Source: Pseudomonas aeruginosa
GTDB taxonomy: Bacteria; Pseudomonadota; Gammaproteobacteria; Pseudomonadales; Pseudomonadaceae
Direction: 5' to 3'
Length of the DNA stretch: 32,000 nucleotides
NCBI RefSeq assembly: GCF_001457615.1
Contig: NZ_LN831024.1
Coordinates: 300,001 to 332,000 of the forward strand
In this document: in pieces, positions 8,731-17,700 of the stretch
Layout of the letters: the number at the start of each line of letters is the position of its first letter
Position numbering within the stretch: the first letter of the stretch is position 1
The notes under the pieces: generated by a model
Databases searched by the model: none
What the model was told of the DNA's origin: nothing
Seen by the model: only the letters and a program-made list of their open reading frames with translations
Program-made: the position numbers and the translations under genes

Positions 8731-11013
8731 TCAGTCTTCCGGCAGCGCCACGGGCGGCAGGTCGAAGCGCAGCGCTTCCGCCGGTTGCGGCCGTCCGTAC
8801 CAGTAGCCTTGGCCGAAGTCGCAGCCATGTTCGCGCAGGAACAGCGCCTGGTCCTGATGCTCGATGCCCTCGGCAACCACCCGCAGCCCCATGCTTTGCG
8901 CCAGGGCAACGATCGCCCGGGCGATCGCGGCGTCGTCCACCGCGCCGGGCAGGCCGGCGACGAAGCCCTGGTCGATCTTCAGCTTGTGCACCGGCAGCCG
9001 CTTGAGGCGCATCAGCGAGGAATAGCCGGTGCCGAAGTCGTCGATGGCCAGGTTCACGCCGAGGATGCGCAGGCGGCAGAGCAGGTTGAGGGACTGTTCG
9101 AAGTCCTCCATCACCGCGCTTTCGGTGACTTCCAGCTCCAGGTAGCGGGGCTCCAGCCCGGACTCTTCCAGGGCGTTGGCGATCCTTTCCTCCAGGCCGC
9201 CGCGGTTGAACAGCCGGCTGGAGACGTTGACCGCGACGAACTCCAGTTCGACGCCGCGCTGTTGCCATTCGCGCATCTGCCGGCAGGCCCGCTTGAGCAC
9301 CCAATTGTCCAGCGCGGCGATCAGCCCGCATTCCTCCGCCACCGGGACGAACTCGCCTGGCGGCACCAGGCCGCGCTCGGGATGCTGCCAGCGCACCAGC
9401 GACTCGACGCCGACGATCCGCCCGCTGGCCAGGTCGTGCACCGGCTGGTAGTGGACGCGCAGTTCGTCGTGATCCAGCGCATGGCGCAGGGCCGATTCCA
9501 CCTGGACATGGGCGCGGGCCCGGGCGGTCAGCACGCGGGTGTAGAAGGCGTAGGCGTTACGCCCGCTGTCCTTGGCCTGGAACAGCGCGGCGTCGGCATG
9601 CTGCATCAGGTGGTCGACGTCGCTGGCGTCTTCCGGGTAGAGGCTGACACCGAGGCTGGCGCTGATATAGATCGGCTGGCAGTGGATGTCGAACGGCGCG
9701 TTGAAACCGTCGAGTATGCGCTGCGAGAGTCGCGCGACGGCTTCCGGGTCGTCGTTCTCGACGAGGATGGCGAATTCGTCGCCGCCCAGTCGCGACAGCA
9801 GGCAGCGCTCGTCGAGCTGGTGTTGCAGGCGCTTGCTGACCTCCTTGAGGAGCATGTCGCCAGTTGTATGGCCGAGGCTGTCGTTGATGTGCTTGAAGTG
9901 GTCGAGGTCGATCAGCAGCAGGGCCCCGGCCACCGTCCGGTCCTTGCCGTTCTCCAGCGCCTGCTCGATGCGCTCGCGCAGCAGCACGCGGTTGGGCAGG
10001 CCGGTCAGCGAGTCGTGGTGGGCGAGGAAGTCCAGCTCGTTCTCCGAGCGCTTGATGCTGCTCAGGTCGGAGAACACCCCGACGTAGTGGGTCAGCTGGC
10101 CCTGGTCGTTGCGCACCGCGCGGATGTGCAGCCACTGCGGGTAGATCTCGCCGCTCTTGCGACGGTTCCAGATCTCTCCGCTCCAGACGTCCTGCTCGCG
10201 CAGGGCCAGCCACAGGCGCTGGTAGAACGCCTGGTCCTGGCGGCCGGAGCGGAGGATCGCCGGGGTCTTGCCGAGCACGTCCTCGGAACGGTAGCCGGTG
10301 ATGCGCTCGAAGGAAGGGTTGACGTGCACGATCACCGCCTGGGCGTCGGTGACCAGAACGCCCTCGCGGGTGCTGTCGAACACCGCCGCGGCCTGGCGCA
10401 GGTGGTCTTCCTTGAGCCGCTGCAGGGTGATGTCGCGGGCCACGCCAGTGTAGTGCAGCGGCTTGCCCAGGGCGTCGCGGAGGACCCGGCCGCGCGAGTG
10501 GATCCAGCGGTAGTCGCCGTCCTTGTGGCGCAGGCGGTAGATGTGGTCGAGATTGTCGGTCAGGCCCTGCAGGTGGTTGCGGTGGGCCTCCAGCACGGTG
10601 GCGTACTCTTCGGGGTGCAGGCGCTTCTTCCAGGTCTCGATGGGGTCGCCGAGTTCCTCCGGAGCGAGGCCGATCAGCGCGGCGTAGCCCGGCGAGACGA
10701 ACATCCGGTCGGTCACCAGGTCCCAGTCCCAGAGTCCGTCGCGCACCGCTTCCAGGGCGCGGTTCAGGCGCTGCTCGCTGCCGTGCAGTTCGTCGTAGGC
10801 CTGGGCCTTGCGGCGGAACTGGCGTACCAGGTAGAGGTACAGGAGCAGGCCGGTTGCGGCGAAGAAGAACAGCCGCTTGGCGGTCATCCAGAACACCAGT
10901 TGGTCGTGGTCCTGGACCTGGTTTTGTAACAAATGATCGCTCAGGAACGCCCAGGCGATGGCGATTGCGAGATAAGCCAGGCTCAGGCGAAGGGCACTCA
11001 GGCGGGGGCTCAT
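8731..11013 (-). CDS. Membrane PAS-GGDEF-EAL c-di-GMP turnover protein, about 760 aa (PA0285-like)
   Basis: N-terminal TM segments, PAS-like repeats (YAALIGLAPEELGDPIETWKKRLHPEE; RSGEIYPQWLHIRAVRNDQGQLTHYVGVFSDLS), GGDEF (LSRLGGDEFAILVEND) and EAL-type domain (VGVESLVRW, VNVSS, ELEVTES, AIDDFGTGYSSL, KLKIDQGFV, AEGIE, GQGYWYGRP). Confidence 0.93.
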   Translation of the reverse strand: MSPRLSALRLSLAYLAIAIAWAFLSDHLLQNQVQDHDQLVFWMTAKRLFFFAATGLLLYLYLVRQFRRKAQAYDELHGSEQRLNRALEAVRDGLWDWDLVTDRMFVSPGYAALIGLAPEELGDPIETWKKRLHPEEYATVLEAHRNHLQGLTDNLDHIYRLRHKDGDYRWIHSRGRVLRDALGKPLHYTGVARDITLQRLKEDHLRQAAAVFDSTREGVLVTDAQAVIVHVNPSFERITGYRSEDVLGKTPAILRSGRQDQAFYQRLWLALREQDVWSGEIWNRRKSGEIYPQWLHIRAVRNDQGQLTHYVGVFSDLSSIKRSENELDFLAHHDSLTGLPNRVLLRERIEQALENGKDRTVAGALLLIDLDHFKHINDSLGHTTGDMLLKEVSKRLQHQLDERCLLSRLGGDEFAILVENDDPEAVARLSQRILDGFNAPFDIHCQPIYISASLGVSLYPEDASDVDHLMQHADAALFQAKDSGRNAYAFYTRVLTARARAHVQVESALRHALDHDELRVHYQPVHDLASGRIVGVESLVRWQHPERGLVPPGEFVPVAEECGLIAALDNWVLKRACRQMREWQQRGVELEFVAVNVSSRLFNRGGLEERIANALEESGLEPRYLELEVTESAVMEDFEQSLNLLCRLRILGVNLAIDDFGTGYSSLMRLKRLPVHKLKIDQGFVAGLPGAVDDAAIARAIVALAQSMGLRVVAEGIEHQDQALFLREHGCDFGQGYWYGRPQPAEALRFDLPPVALPED

Positions 11014-11184
11014 GGGATTTTCAGTGGGCAATTATTGGCCGGGCAGTATAAATGATGGCCATCCGGCCCTGTTCATATCTAAAAGAACGGATGGTAATCC
11101 CCAGCCGCTTGGTGATAATGCCCCCAGGTTTTGTCAGACAAGGCCCTTATCACTCCCAAGTCCCCCCGAGGTTCAGTACCGCCT

Positions 11185-12363
11185 ATGTGGTTCAACGGTT
11201 TTCTCGACCTGTCGCCGTGGCAACTGGTGGCAGTTACCCTGGTGCTGACGCATATCACCATCGTCAGCGTGACCGTCTACCTGCATCGCTATTCCGCCCA
11301 CCGTGCACTCGACCTGCACCCCGCGCTGCAGCACTTCTTCCGTTTCTGGTTGTGGTTGACCACAGGGATGAACACGCGCGAATGGACCGCGATCCACCGT
11401 AAGCACCATGCCAAGTGCGAGACCGTCGAGGATCCGCACAGCCCGGTGCACAAGGGCCTGTTCACCGTCCTGCGCGCAGGCGCGGAGCTGTACAAGGCCG
11501 AGGCGAAGAACCAGGACACCCTGCGCATCTACGGCAAGAACTGCCCGGACGACTGGATCGAGCGCAATCTCTACTCGCGCTTCCCGATCGGCGGCGTGGT
11601 GCTGATGGCGCTCATCGACCTGGCCCTGTTCGGCGCCCTTGGCCTGACCGTCTGGGCCGTGCAGATGGTATGGATTCCGTTCTGGGCCGCCGGCGTGGTC
11701 AACGGCCTCGGCCACGCGGTCGGCTATCGCAACTTCGAATGCCGCGACGCCGCCACCAACTTGGTGCCCTGGGGCATCCTCATCGGCGGCGAAGAGCTGC
11801 ACAACAACCACCACACCTACCCGAACTCGGCCAAGCTGTCGGTGAAGAAGTGGGAATTCGACCTGGGCTGGGCCTGGATCAAGCTGTTCAGCTTCCTGCG
11901 CCTGGCCAGGGTCGCCCGGGTCGCGCCGATCGCCCATCGGGTCGAGGGCAAGCACAGCCTGGACATGGACACCGCCATGGCGATCCTCAACAACCGCTTC
12001 CAGATCATGGCGCAGTACCGCAAGCTGGTGATCGCGCCGCTGGTCAAGCAGGAAGTGGCCAAGGCCGACGAGTCGGTGCGCCACCTGTTCCGCCGCGCCA
12101 AGCGCCTGCTGTCGCGCGAGACCAGCCTGCTGCAGGACCGCCACCACGTGCGCATCGACTCGATGCTCGCCCACAGCCAGGCGCTGAAGGTGATCTACGA
12201 GAAGCGCCTGGCGTTGCAGCAGATCTGGGCCAAGACCAGCGCCAACGGCCACGACATGCTGGCGGCGATCAAGGACTGGGTGCATGAGGCGGAAGCCAGC
12301 GGTATCCAGTCGCTGAAGGAGTTCGCCGCGCAACTGAAGACCTACTCGCTGCGTCCCGCCTGA
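11185..12363 (+). CDS. desA: Acyl-lipid (phospholipid) desaturase, 392 aa
   Basis: Three histidine boxes HRYSAH, HRKHH and HNNHH with TM segments; start at MWFNGFLDL (11185). Confidence 0.92.
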   Translation: MWFNGFLDLSPWQLVAVTLVLTHITIVSVTVYLHRYSAHRALDLHPALQHFFRFWLWLTTGMNTREWTAIHRKHHAKCETVEDPHSPVHKGLFTVLRAGAELYKAEAKNQDTLRIYGKNCPDDWIERNLYSRFPIGGVVLMALIDLALFGALGLTVWAVQMVWIPFWAAGVVNGLGHAVGYRNFECRDAATNLVPWGILIGGEELHNNHHTYPNSAKLSVKKWEFDLGWAWIKLFSFLRLARVARVAPIAHRVEGKHSLDMDTAMAILNNRFQIMAQYRKLVIAPLVKQEVAKADESVRHLFRRAKRLLSRETSLLQDRHHVRIDSMLAHSQALKVIYEKRLALQQIWAKTSANGHDMLAAIKDWVHEAEASGIQSLKEFAAQLKTYSLRPA

Positions 12364-12400
12364 CGCCTGGCGCGCCCTCGCGGGTGCGTCAGCCGCCTCT

Positions 12401-12430
12401 GCAACGCGCCGGCTCCTGCCGGCGCGTTGC
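12401..12430 (+). terminator. Strong stem-loop after desA (U-poor tail)
   Basis: GCAACGCGCCGGC(12401-12413)-tcct-GCCGGCGCGTTGC(12418-12430), 13-bp perfect stem followed by gtttcgg. Confidence 0.65.
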
Positions 12431-12591
12431 GTTTCGGCGTCGCCAGTGCGACGCCCCGCCGATACTTCTCTTCCTCCGCAAGTCGACTTGCCCGATCCGG
12501 GATTCAGCCCGGGCGGCGCCCGGCCTATCTTCGGCGTGCCCAGGCGCCACGCCGGGCGTCACGCAGAACAACAAGAAAAGGAGCGCGGGCG

Positions 12592-13977
12592 ATGTTGCTG
12601 GATTACCTGATCATGCTGGTCTACGCCCTGGCCATGCTGGGCCTGGGCTGGTACGGAATGCGCAAGGCGAAGAGCCAGAGCGATTTCCTCGTCGCCGGAC
12701 GCCGCCTCGGCCCCGGCCTCTACCTGGGAACCATGGCCGCGGTGGTGCTCGGCGGCGCGTCGACCATCGGTACGGTCAAGCTCGGCTACCAGTTCGGCCT
12801 GTCCGGCTTGTGGCTGGTGTTCATGCTCGGCCTGGGGATCATCGTCCTCAGCCTGGTGTTCTCGCGGCAGATCGCGCGCCTGCGGGTGTTCACCGTGACC
12901 CAGGTGCTGGAGCAGCGCTACCAGGCCTCCTCGCGCCTGATCGGCGGGGTGGTCATGGTCGCCTACGACCTGATGGTGGCGGTCACCGCGACCATCGCCA
13001 TCGGCTCGGTCACCGAGGTGGTATTCGGCATCCCGCGGATCCCGGCGATCCTCTGCGGTGGCGGGATCGTCATCGTCTATTCGGTGATCGGCGGCATGTG
13101 GTCCCTTACGCTGACCGACATCATCCAGTTCGTGATCAAGACCGTCGGTATCTTCCTGGTCTTGCTGCCGTTGTCGATCGACGGCGCCGGTGGCCTGGCG
13201 CGCATGCAGGAGGTGCTGCCGGCGGGCTTCTTCGACCTCGGCCACATCGGCCTGGATACCATCCTCACCTACTTCCTCCTGTACTTCTTCGGCGCGCTGA
13301 TCGGCCAGGACATCTGGCAGCGGGTGTTCACCGCGCGCAGCGAGACGGTGGTGCGCTACGCCGGGCTTGGCGCCGGCGTCTACTGCATGCTCTACGGCGC
13401 CGCCTGCGCGCTGATCGGCGCGGCGGCGCGGGTCCTCCTGCCGGACCTGGCGGTGCCGGAGAACGCCTACGCCGAGATCACCCGCGAGGTACTGGCGCCG
13501 GGCCTGCGCGGCCTGGTGGTGGCGGCCGCGCTGTCGGCGATCATGTCCACCGCCAGCGGGTGCCTGCTGGCGGCGGCCACCGTGCTGCAGGAAGACATCT
13601 ACGCGCGCTTCCTCCGCCCCGGTACCACCAGCGACATCCGTCTGAGCCGTTGCATCACCCTGCTGATGGGCGTGGCGATGCTGGTCCTGGCGTGCCTGGT
13701 CAACGATGTCATCGCGGCCCTGAGCATCGCCTACAACCTGCTGGTCGGCGGCCTGCTGGTGCCGATCGTCGGCGCGCTGCTGTGGCGTCGGGCCAGTCCG
13801 CAGGGAGCGATCGCCAGCATCGTCGCCGGTTGCCTGGCGGTGATCGCCTGCATGGCCCGCGACGGCCTGCTCGCCAACTCGCCGATCGTCTACGGCCTGC
13901 TGGCCAGCCTGGCGACCTTCGTCGCGGTCAGCCTGGCTACCCGTCCTGCCGCCAGCCTGCGAGCCCAGCCGGAATGA
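12592..13977 (+). CDS. gpuP: Sodium:solute symporter family, 3-guanidinopropionate transporter, 461 aa
   Basis: SSS-family sequence (MLLDYLIMLVYALAMLGLGWYGMRKAKSQSDFLVAGRRLGPGLYLGTMAAVVLGGASTIG); RBS AAGGAG upstream; adjacent to gpuA and gpuR. Confidence 0.9.
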   Translation: MLLDYLIMLVYALAMLGLGWYGMRKAKSQSDFLVAGRRLGPGLYLGTMAAVVLGGASTIGTVKLGYQFGLSGLWLVFMLGLGIIVLSLVFSRQIARLRVFTVTQVLEQRYQASSRLIGGVVMVAYDLMVAVTATIAIGSVTEVVFGIPRIPAILCGGGIVIVYSVIGGMWSLTLTDIIQFVIKTVGIFLVLLPLSIDGAGGLARMQEVLPAGFFDLGHIGLDTILTYFLLYFFGALIGQDIWQRVFTARSETVVRYAGLGAGVYCMLYGAACALIGAAARVLLPDLAVPENAYAEITREVLAPGLRGLVVAAALSAIMSTASGCLLAAATVLQEDIYARFLRPGTTSDIRLSRCITLLMGVAMLVLACLVNDVIAALSIAYNLLVGGLLVPIVGALLWRRASPQGAIASIVAGCLAVIACMARDGLLANSPIVYGLLASLATFVAVSLATRPAASLRAQPE

Positions 13978-14032
13978 ACCCACCGCGCCGGGCGGCGCCC
14001 GGCGCTTTCTTCCCGCCACACGGAGACGCCCC

Positions 14033-14989
14033 ATGTCGAACGACCATCCGCAGCCCCTCGACGCCGCCGAGATTCCACGCTTCGCCGGCATCCCGACCTT
14101 CATGCGCCTGCCGGCGTTCACCGACCCGGCGGCGCTGCAGGTCGGCCTGATCGGCGTGCCCTGGGATGGCGGCACCACCAACCGCGCCGGTGCCCGCCAT
14201 GGCCCGCGCGAGGTGCGCAACCTGTCCAGCCTGATGCGCAAGGTGCATCACGTCAGCCGCATCGCGCCCTACGACCTGGTGCGGGTCGGCGACCTCGGTG
14301 ATGCGCCGGTGAATCCCATCGACCTGCTCGATTCGCTGCGCCGAATCGAAGGCTTCTATCGCCAGGTCCATGCCGCCGGTACCCTGCCGCTGTCGGTCGG
14401 TGGCGACCACCTGGTGACCCTGCCGATCTTTCGCGCCCTGGGTCGCGAGCGGCCGCTGGGCATGGTGCATTTCGATGCGCATTCCGATACCAACGACCGC
14501 TACTTCGGCGACAACCCCTACACCCACGGCACGCCATTCCGCCGGGCCATCGAGGAAGGTCTGCTCGACCCGCTGCGCACGGTGCAGATCGGCATTCGCG
14601 GCTCGGTGTATTCGCCGGACGACGACGCTTTCGCCCGCGAGTGCGGCATCCGCGTGATCCACATGGAAGAGTTCGTCGAACTGGGCGTCGAGGCGACCCT
14701 GGCCGAAGCCCGGCGGGTGGTGGGCGACGGGCCGACCTATGTGAGTTTCGACGTCGACGTGCTCGACCCGGCCTTCGCGCCTGGCACCGGCACCCCGGAG
14801 ATCGGCGGCATGACCAGCCTCCAGGCCCAGCAACTGGTCCGCGGCCTGCGCGGGCTGGACCTGGTCGGCGCCGACGTGGTGGAAGTCTCGCCGCCGTTCG
14901 ATGTCGGCGGCGCCACGGCGCTGGTGGGGGCGACCATGATGTTCGAACTGCTCTGCCTGCTTGCCGAGTCGGCCGCGCGAAGCGCCTGA
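14033..14989 (+). CDS. gpuA: Ureohydrolase (arginase/agmatinase family), 3-guanidinopropionase, 318 aa
   Basis: Metal-binding motifs GGDHLVTLP, HFDAHSD, SFDVDVLDPAFAPGTG. Confidence 0.92.
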   Translation: MSNDHPQPLDAAEIPRFAGIPTFMRLPAFTDPAALQVGLIGVPWDGGTTNRAGARHGPREVRNLSSLMRKVHHVSRIAPYDLVRVGDLGDAPVNPIDLLDSLRRIEGFYRQVHAAGTLPLSVGGDHLVTLPIFRALGRERPLGMVHFDAHSDTNDRYFGDNPYTHGTPFRRAIEEGLLDPLRTVQIGIRGSVYSPDDDAFARECGIRVIHMEEFVELGVEATLAEARRVVGDGPTYVSFDVDVLDPAFAPGTGTPEIGGMTSLQAQQLVRGLRGLDLVGADVVEVSPPFDVGGATALVGATMMFELLCLLAESAARSA

Positions 14990-15041
14990 CGGCGTTCCGC
15001 CGGCCTGGCTTTGGCGCTATAACGAAGGCGGACCGAACGCC

Positions 15042-16004
15042 ATGGGGGCGGGAATGCTGGGCAACCTCAACGACATCGACCTGCGCATGCTGCGCACCTT
15101 CTGCGCCATCGTCGAGGCCGGCGGCTTCACTGCCGCCCAGGCGCGCCTGAACACCAGCCTGTCGCGCCTGAGCGTGCTGGTGCGCGACTTGGAGGTGCGC
15201 CTGGGCTATTCCCTGTGCCGGCGCGGCAACGGCGGTTTCCAGTTGACCGAGGAGGGGCAGGAGCTCTACGACGCCGCGCTCGGCCTGTTCAGCGACATCG
15301 CCCGTTTCCGCGAGCAGGTCCGCGGCCTCGGCGGGCGCGATCGCGAGGCGTTGCACCTGGGCTGCGTCGATGGCGTCATCGGCCAGCATTGCCTGCCGTT
15401 GCCGCTGGCCATCCGGCTGTTTCGCCAGCGCGCCCCGGAGGTGCTGCTCAAGCTGCACACGCGGCGTCCCGACGAACTCGAGCACGCGGTGCTGGAAGAG
15501 CGCCTGCAACTGGCGGTGGGGGCCTTTCACCACCGGTTGTCCGGGCTCTACTACCAACCCCTGTTCCGCGAGGAGCAGAACCTCTATTGCGGCAGCGCGC
15601 ACCCCTTCTTCGCCCGGGCGGACGACGAGCCGACACTGGACGAGATCTGCGCCGCCGACTATGTCGGCCGCGGCTACATGGCGGAAAACCATCGCCCGCA
15701 CGACCTGCGCTTCAACCAGGGGACCGACGCCTACACCATGGAGGCCATCGCTACCCTGGTCTTCAGCGGCACCTACATCGGCTACCTGCCGACGCACTAT
15801 GCCGCCACCTGGGTCGCCGAAGGGCGCATGCGGGCGATCCGGCCACGGCAACTGGCCTACGACTCGGAATTCCATTGCATTACCCGTCAGGGACACGAAG
15901 AACGACCGACCCTGACCCTGTTCCTGCGCTCGCTGTTCGAGGCGCAGAAACAACTGGGCGTGCAGGCTCCGGCGAATACGAACGGCATCGCTCGGCAATT
16001 GTGA
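15042..16004 (+). CDS. gpuR: LysR-family regulator, 320 aa
   Basis: N-terminal HTH (LRMLRTFCAIVEAGGFTAAQARLNTSLSRLSVLVRDLEVRLGYSLCRR); linked to gpuPA. Start could alternatively be 15054 (MLGNLND). Confidence 0.88.
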   Translation: MGAGMLGNLNDIDLRMLRTFCAIVEAGGFTAAQARLNTSLSRLSVLVRDLEVRLGYSLCRRGNGGFQLTEEGQELYDAALGLFSDIARFREQVRGLGGRDREALHLGCVDGVIGQHCLPLPLAIRLFRQRAPEVLLKLHTRRPDELEHAVLEERLQLAVGAFHHRLSGLYYQPLFREEQNLYCGSAHPFFARADDEPTLDEICAADYVGRGYMAENHRPHDLRFNQGTDAYTMEAIATLVFSGTYIGYLPTHYAATWVAEGRMRAIRPRQLAYDSEFHCITRQGHEERPTLTLFLRSLFEAQKQLGVQAPANTNGIARQL

Positions 16005-16116
16005 TCAAGCGCACTGGCTGGAGCCTTTCCCTGCCGTTCGGCGGGCATTTCTGTATCGCCGCGACCCCTGCGCTAAGTTGGCGGTCGAACCCGTTCCGCG
16101 AGCAGAGCGACGATCC

Positions 16117-17088
16117 ATGGACGACCTAACCGGCATTCCCGAAGACCCGCAGGAGGCCGCGCTGGCCTTGCTGCACAGCCGTGCCGAAGTGGCCCGGCTG
16201 AAGGAGCGCGAGCAACTCTTCAGCGCCTTGCTGGCCAGCGTCAACTCGGTGCTCTGGGCCTACGACTGGCAGAACCGGCGAATGGTCTACGTCAGTCCCG
16301 CCTACGAGAAAATCTTCGGCCGTTCCGCGGCGCTGCTGCTGGCGGACTACGAGGAATGGCGCAACAGCATCTACCCGGACGACCTCGACTACGCCGACAG
16401 CAGCCTGCTGCAGGTGCTCGAACGTGGCGCCGTGGAACAACGCGAATACCGCATCGTGCGTGGCGACGGCGAGGTCCGCTGGCTCAACGACAAGTGCTTC
16501 GTCAGCCGCCAGGGCGAGGCGGGACTGCCGCTGATGGTGGTGGGCATCGCCGAGGACATCACCGACAAGAAGCACATGGAGAGCGAGCTGCAACGGCTGG
16601 CCACCACCGACGTGCTGACCCAGAGCAGCAACCGTCGCTATTTCTTCGACAGTGCCGAGGCGGCCTTCAAGGAGTGTCGCCGCGAGGGGATACCGTTGGC
16701 GTTCCTGCTGCTGGACGTCGATGACTTCAAGAAGATCAACGACCGCTTCGGCCACCAGGTCGGCGACCAGGTCCTCCAGCGTATCGCCCAGAGCGGCAGT
16801 GCCGCGCTGCGCCGTGGCGACCTGTTCGGGCGGATCGGCGGCGAGGAGTTCGCCGTGCTGCTGCCCGGCTGCGACGAGCAGACCGCGCGACAGATCGGCG
16901 AACGCCTGCAGCGCGAGGTGCAACGCCTGCGCTTCCAGGAGGGCGAGCACAGCTTCGGGATCACCGTCAGCCAGGGCCTGACGGTCCTCCAGGCCGATGA
17001 CGAGGGACTCGGTGCCCTCTACAGCCGGGCCGACGCCGCGATGTACTCGGCCAAGCGCCAGGGCAAGGACTGCATCGTCGTGGGCTGA
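16117..17088 (+). CDS. PAS-GGDEF diguanylate cyclase, 323 aa (PA0290-like)
   Basis: PAS region (VNSVLWAYDWQNRRMVYVSPAYEKIFGRS), GGEEF active site (FGRIGGEEFAVLLPG) with an RxxD I-site-like RRGD at the expected spacing. Confidence 0.93.
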   Translation: MDDLTGIPEDPQEAALALLHSRAEVARLKEREQLFSALLASVNSVLWAYDWQNRRMVYVSPAYEKIFGRSAALLLADYEEWRNSIYPDDLDYADSSLLQVLERGAVEQREYRIVRGDGEVRWLNDKCFVSRQGEAGLPLMVVGIAEDITDKKHMESELQRLATTDVLTQSSNRRYFFDSAEAAFKECRREGIPLAFLLLDVDDFKKINDRFGHQVGDQVLQRIAQSGSAALRRGDLFGRIGGEEFAVLLPGCDEQTARQIGERLQREVQRLRFQEGEHSFGITVSQGLTVLQADDEGLGALYSRADAAMYSAKRQGKDCIVVG

Positions 17089-17240
17089 CCGCTGGGCAAA
17101 CGTTTCCGTTTTGTCGACGGCGCCACGGAATACCTCTTTGGGGAGGCGACCGGCAGGTCGCGGCTGCGGTACAATATTCCTTAAAGCTATTAAATATGAA
17201 TAATTAATTCTTTTTAGGTTTATTGCGGATATTTTACTGT

Positions 17241-17274
17241 TTATTACCCACGCGCTATAAAGCGCGGGAAATAA
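17241..17274. promoter_or_regulatory. Extended inverted repeat in the AT-rich region upstream of oprE
   Basis: ttattaccca-CGCGCT(17251-17256)-ataa-AGCGCG(17261-17266)-ggaaataa; perfect 6-bp core with imperfectly matching TTATTnCCC / GGGnAATAA flanks. Confidence 0.45.
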
Positions 17275-17410
17275 CGATTTCTGAAACGTGGCGGTAACTC
17301 GCCAGAAAGGAAGCTGTAATAGGCGGTTTTCTGCCGACACCCTTCGGCCCGTCAGCCGGGAGAAGGGCAGGAAGCCCGAGAGGACGCGAAGGCGGAGCCC
17401 GATGGAAAGA

Positions 17411-17427
17411 TTGGCTTACAAATTGCC
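17411..17427 (+). promoter_or_regulatory. Sigma54-like -24/-12 element upstream of oprE
   Basis: TTGGCTTACAAATTGCC: GG-N10-GC spacing and TTGC box as in YTGGCACGrNNNTTGCW; interior deviates from consensus. Confidence 0.4.
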
Positions 17428-17700
17428 TTCACTGGCGGTGGGTCGAGACACCCGCCGCACAATAACAAGACACGAGTACGCCCATGCACACGCTTCCGTT
17501 CGCTGCCTCCCTGCCTGCTTGCCTGCCCCGTCGTTCCATCGTCGCGGGTTGCGCCGTTTCCTGATCCATCGAATGCCGAGTTTCGCGCGCGCCATCTTCC
17601 GGGATGGTACGGCGCTCAGTGTTTCAACGACCGGTCGGGCCCACGCGTTCCACTTCCCCCGACCGGAAGACAATTAGCAATACCAATGGGGAAAAGACCA

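Noticed and set aside
8689-10929. 746-aa ORF on the plus strand opposite the PAS-GGDEF-EAL gene
   Set aside because: Antisense shadow in GC-rich DNA: low-complexity His/Gln/Val/Ala-rich composition, no domain, while the opposite strand encodes a clear multi-domain protein.
12427-12591. N-terminal extension of the gpuP ORF
   Set aside because: The extension is Arg/Ser-rich and overlaps the terminator-like hairpin region; an RBS (AAGGAG) and membrane-protein start fit 12592.
12559-14241. 560-aa minus-strand ORF opposite gpuP/gpuA
   Set aside because: His/Asp/Gln/Arg-rich antisense shadow with no recognisable domain.
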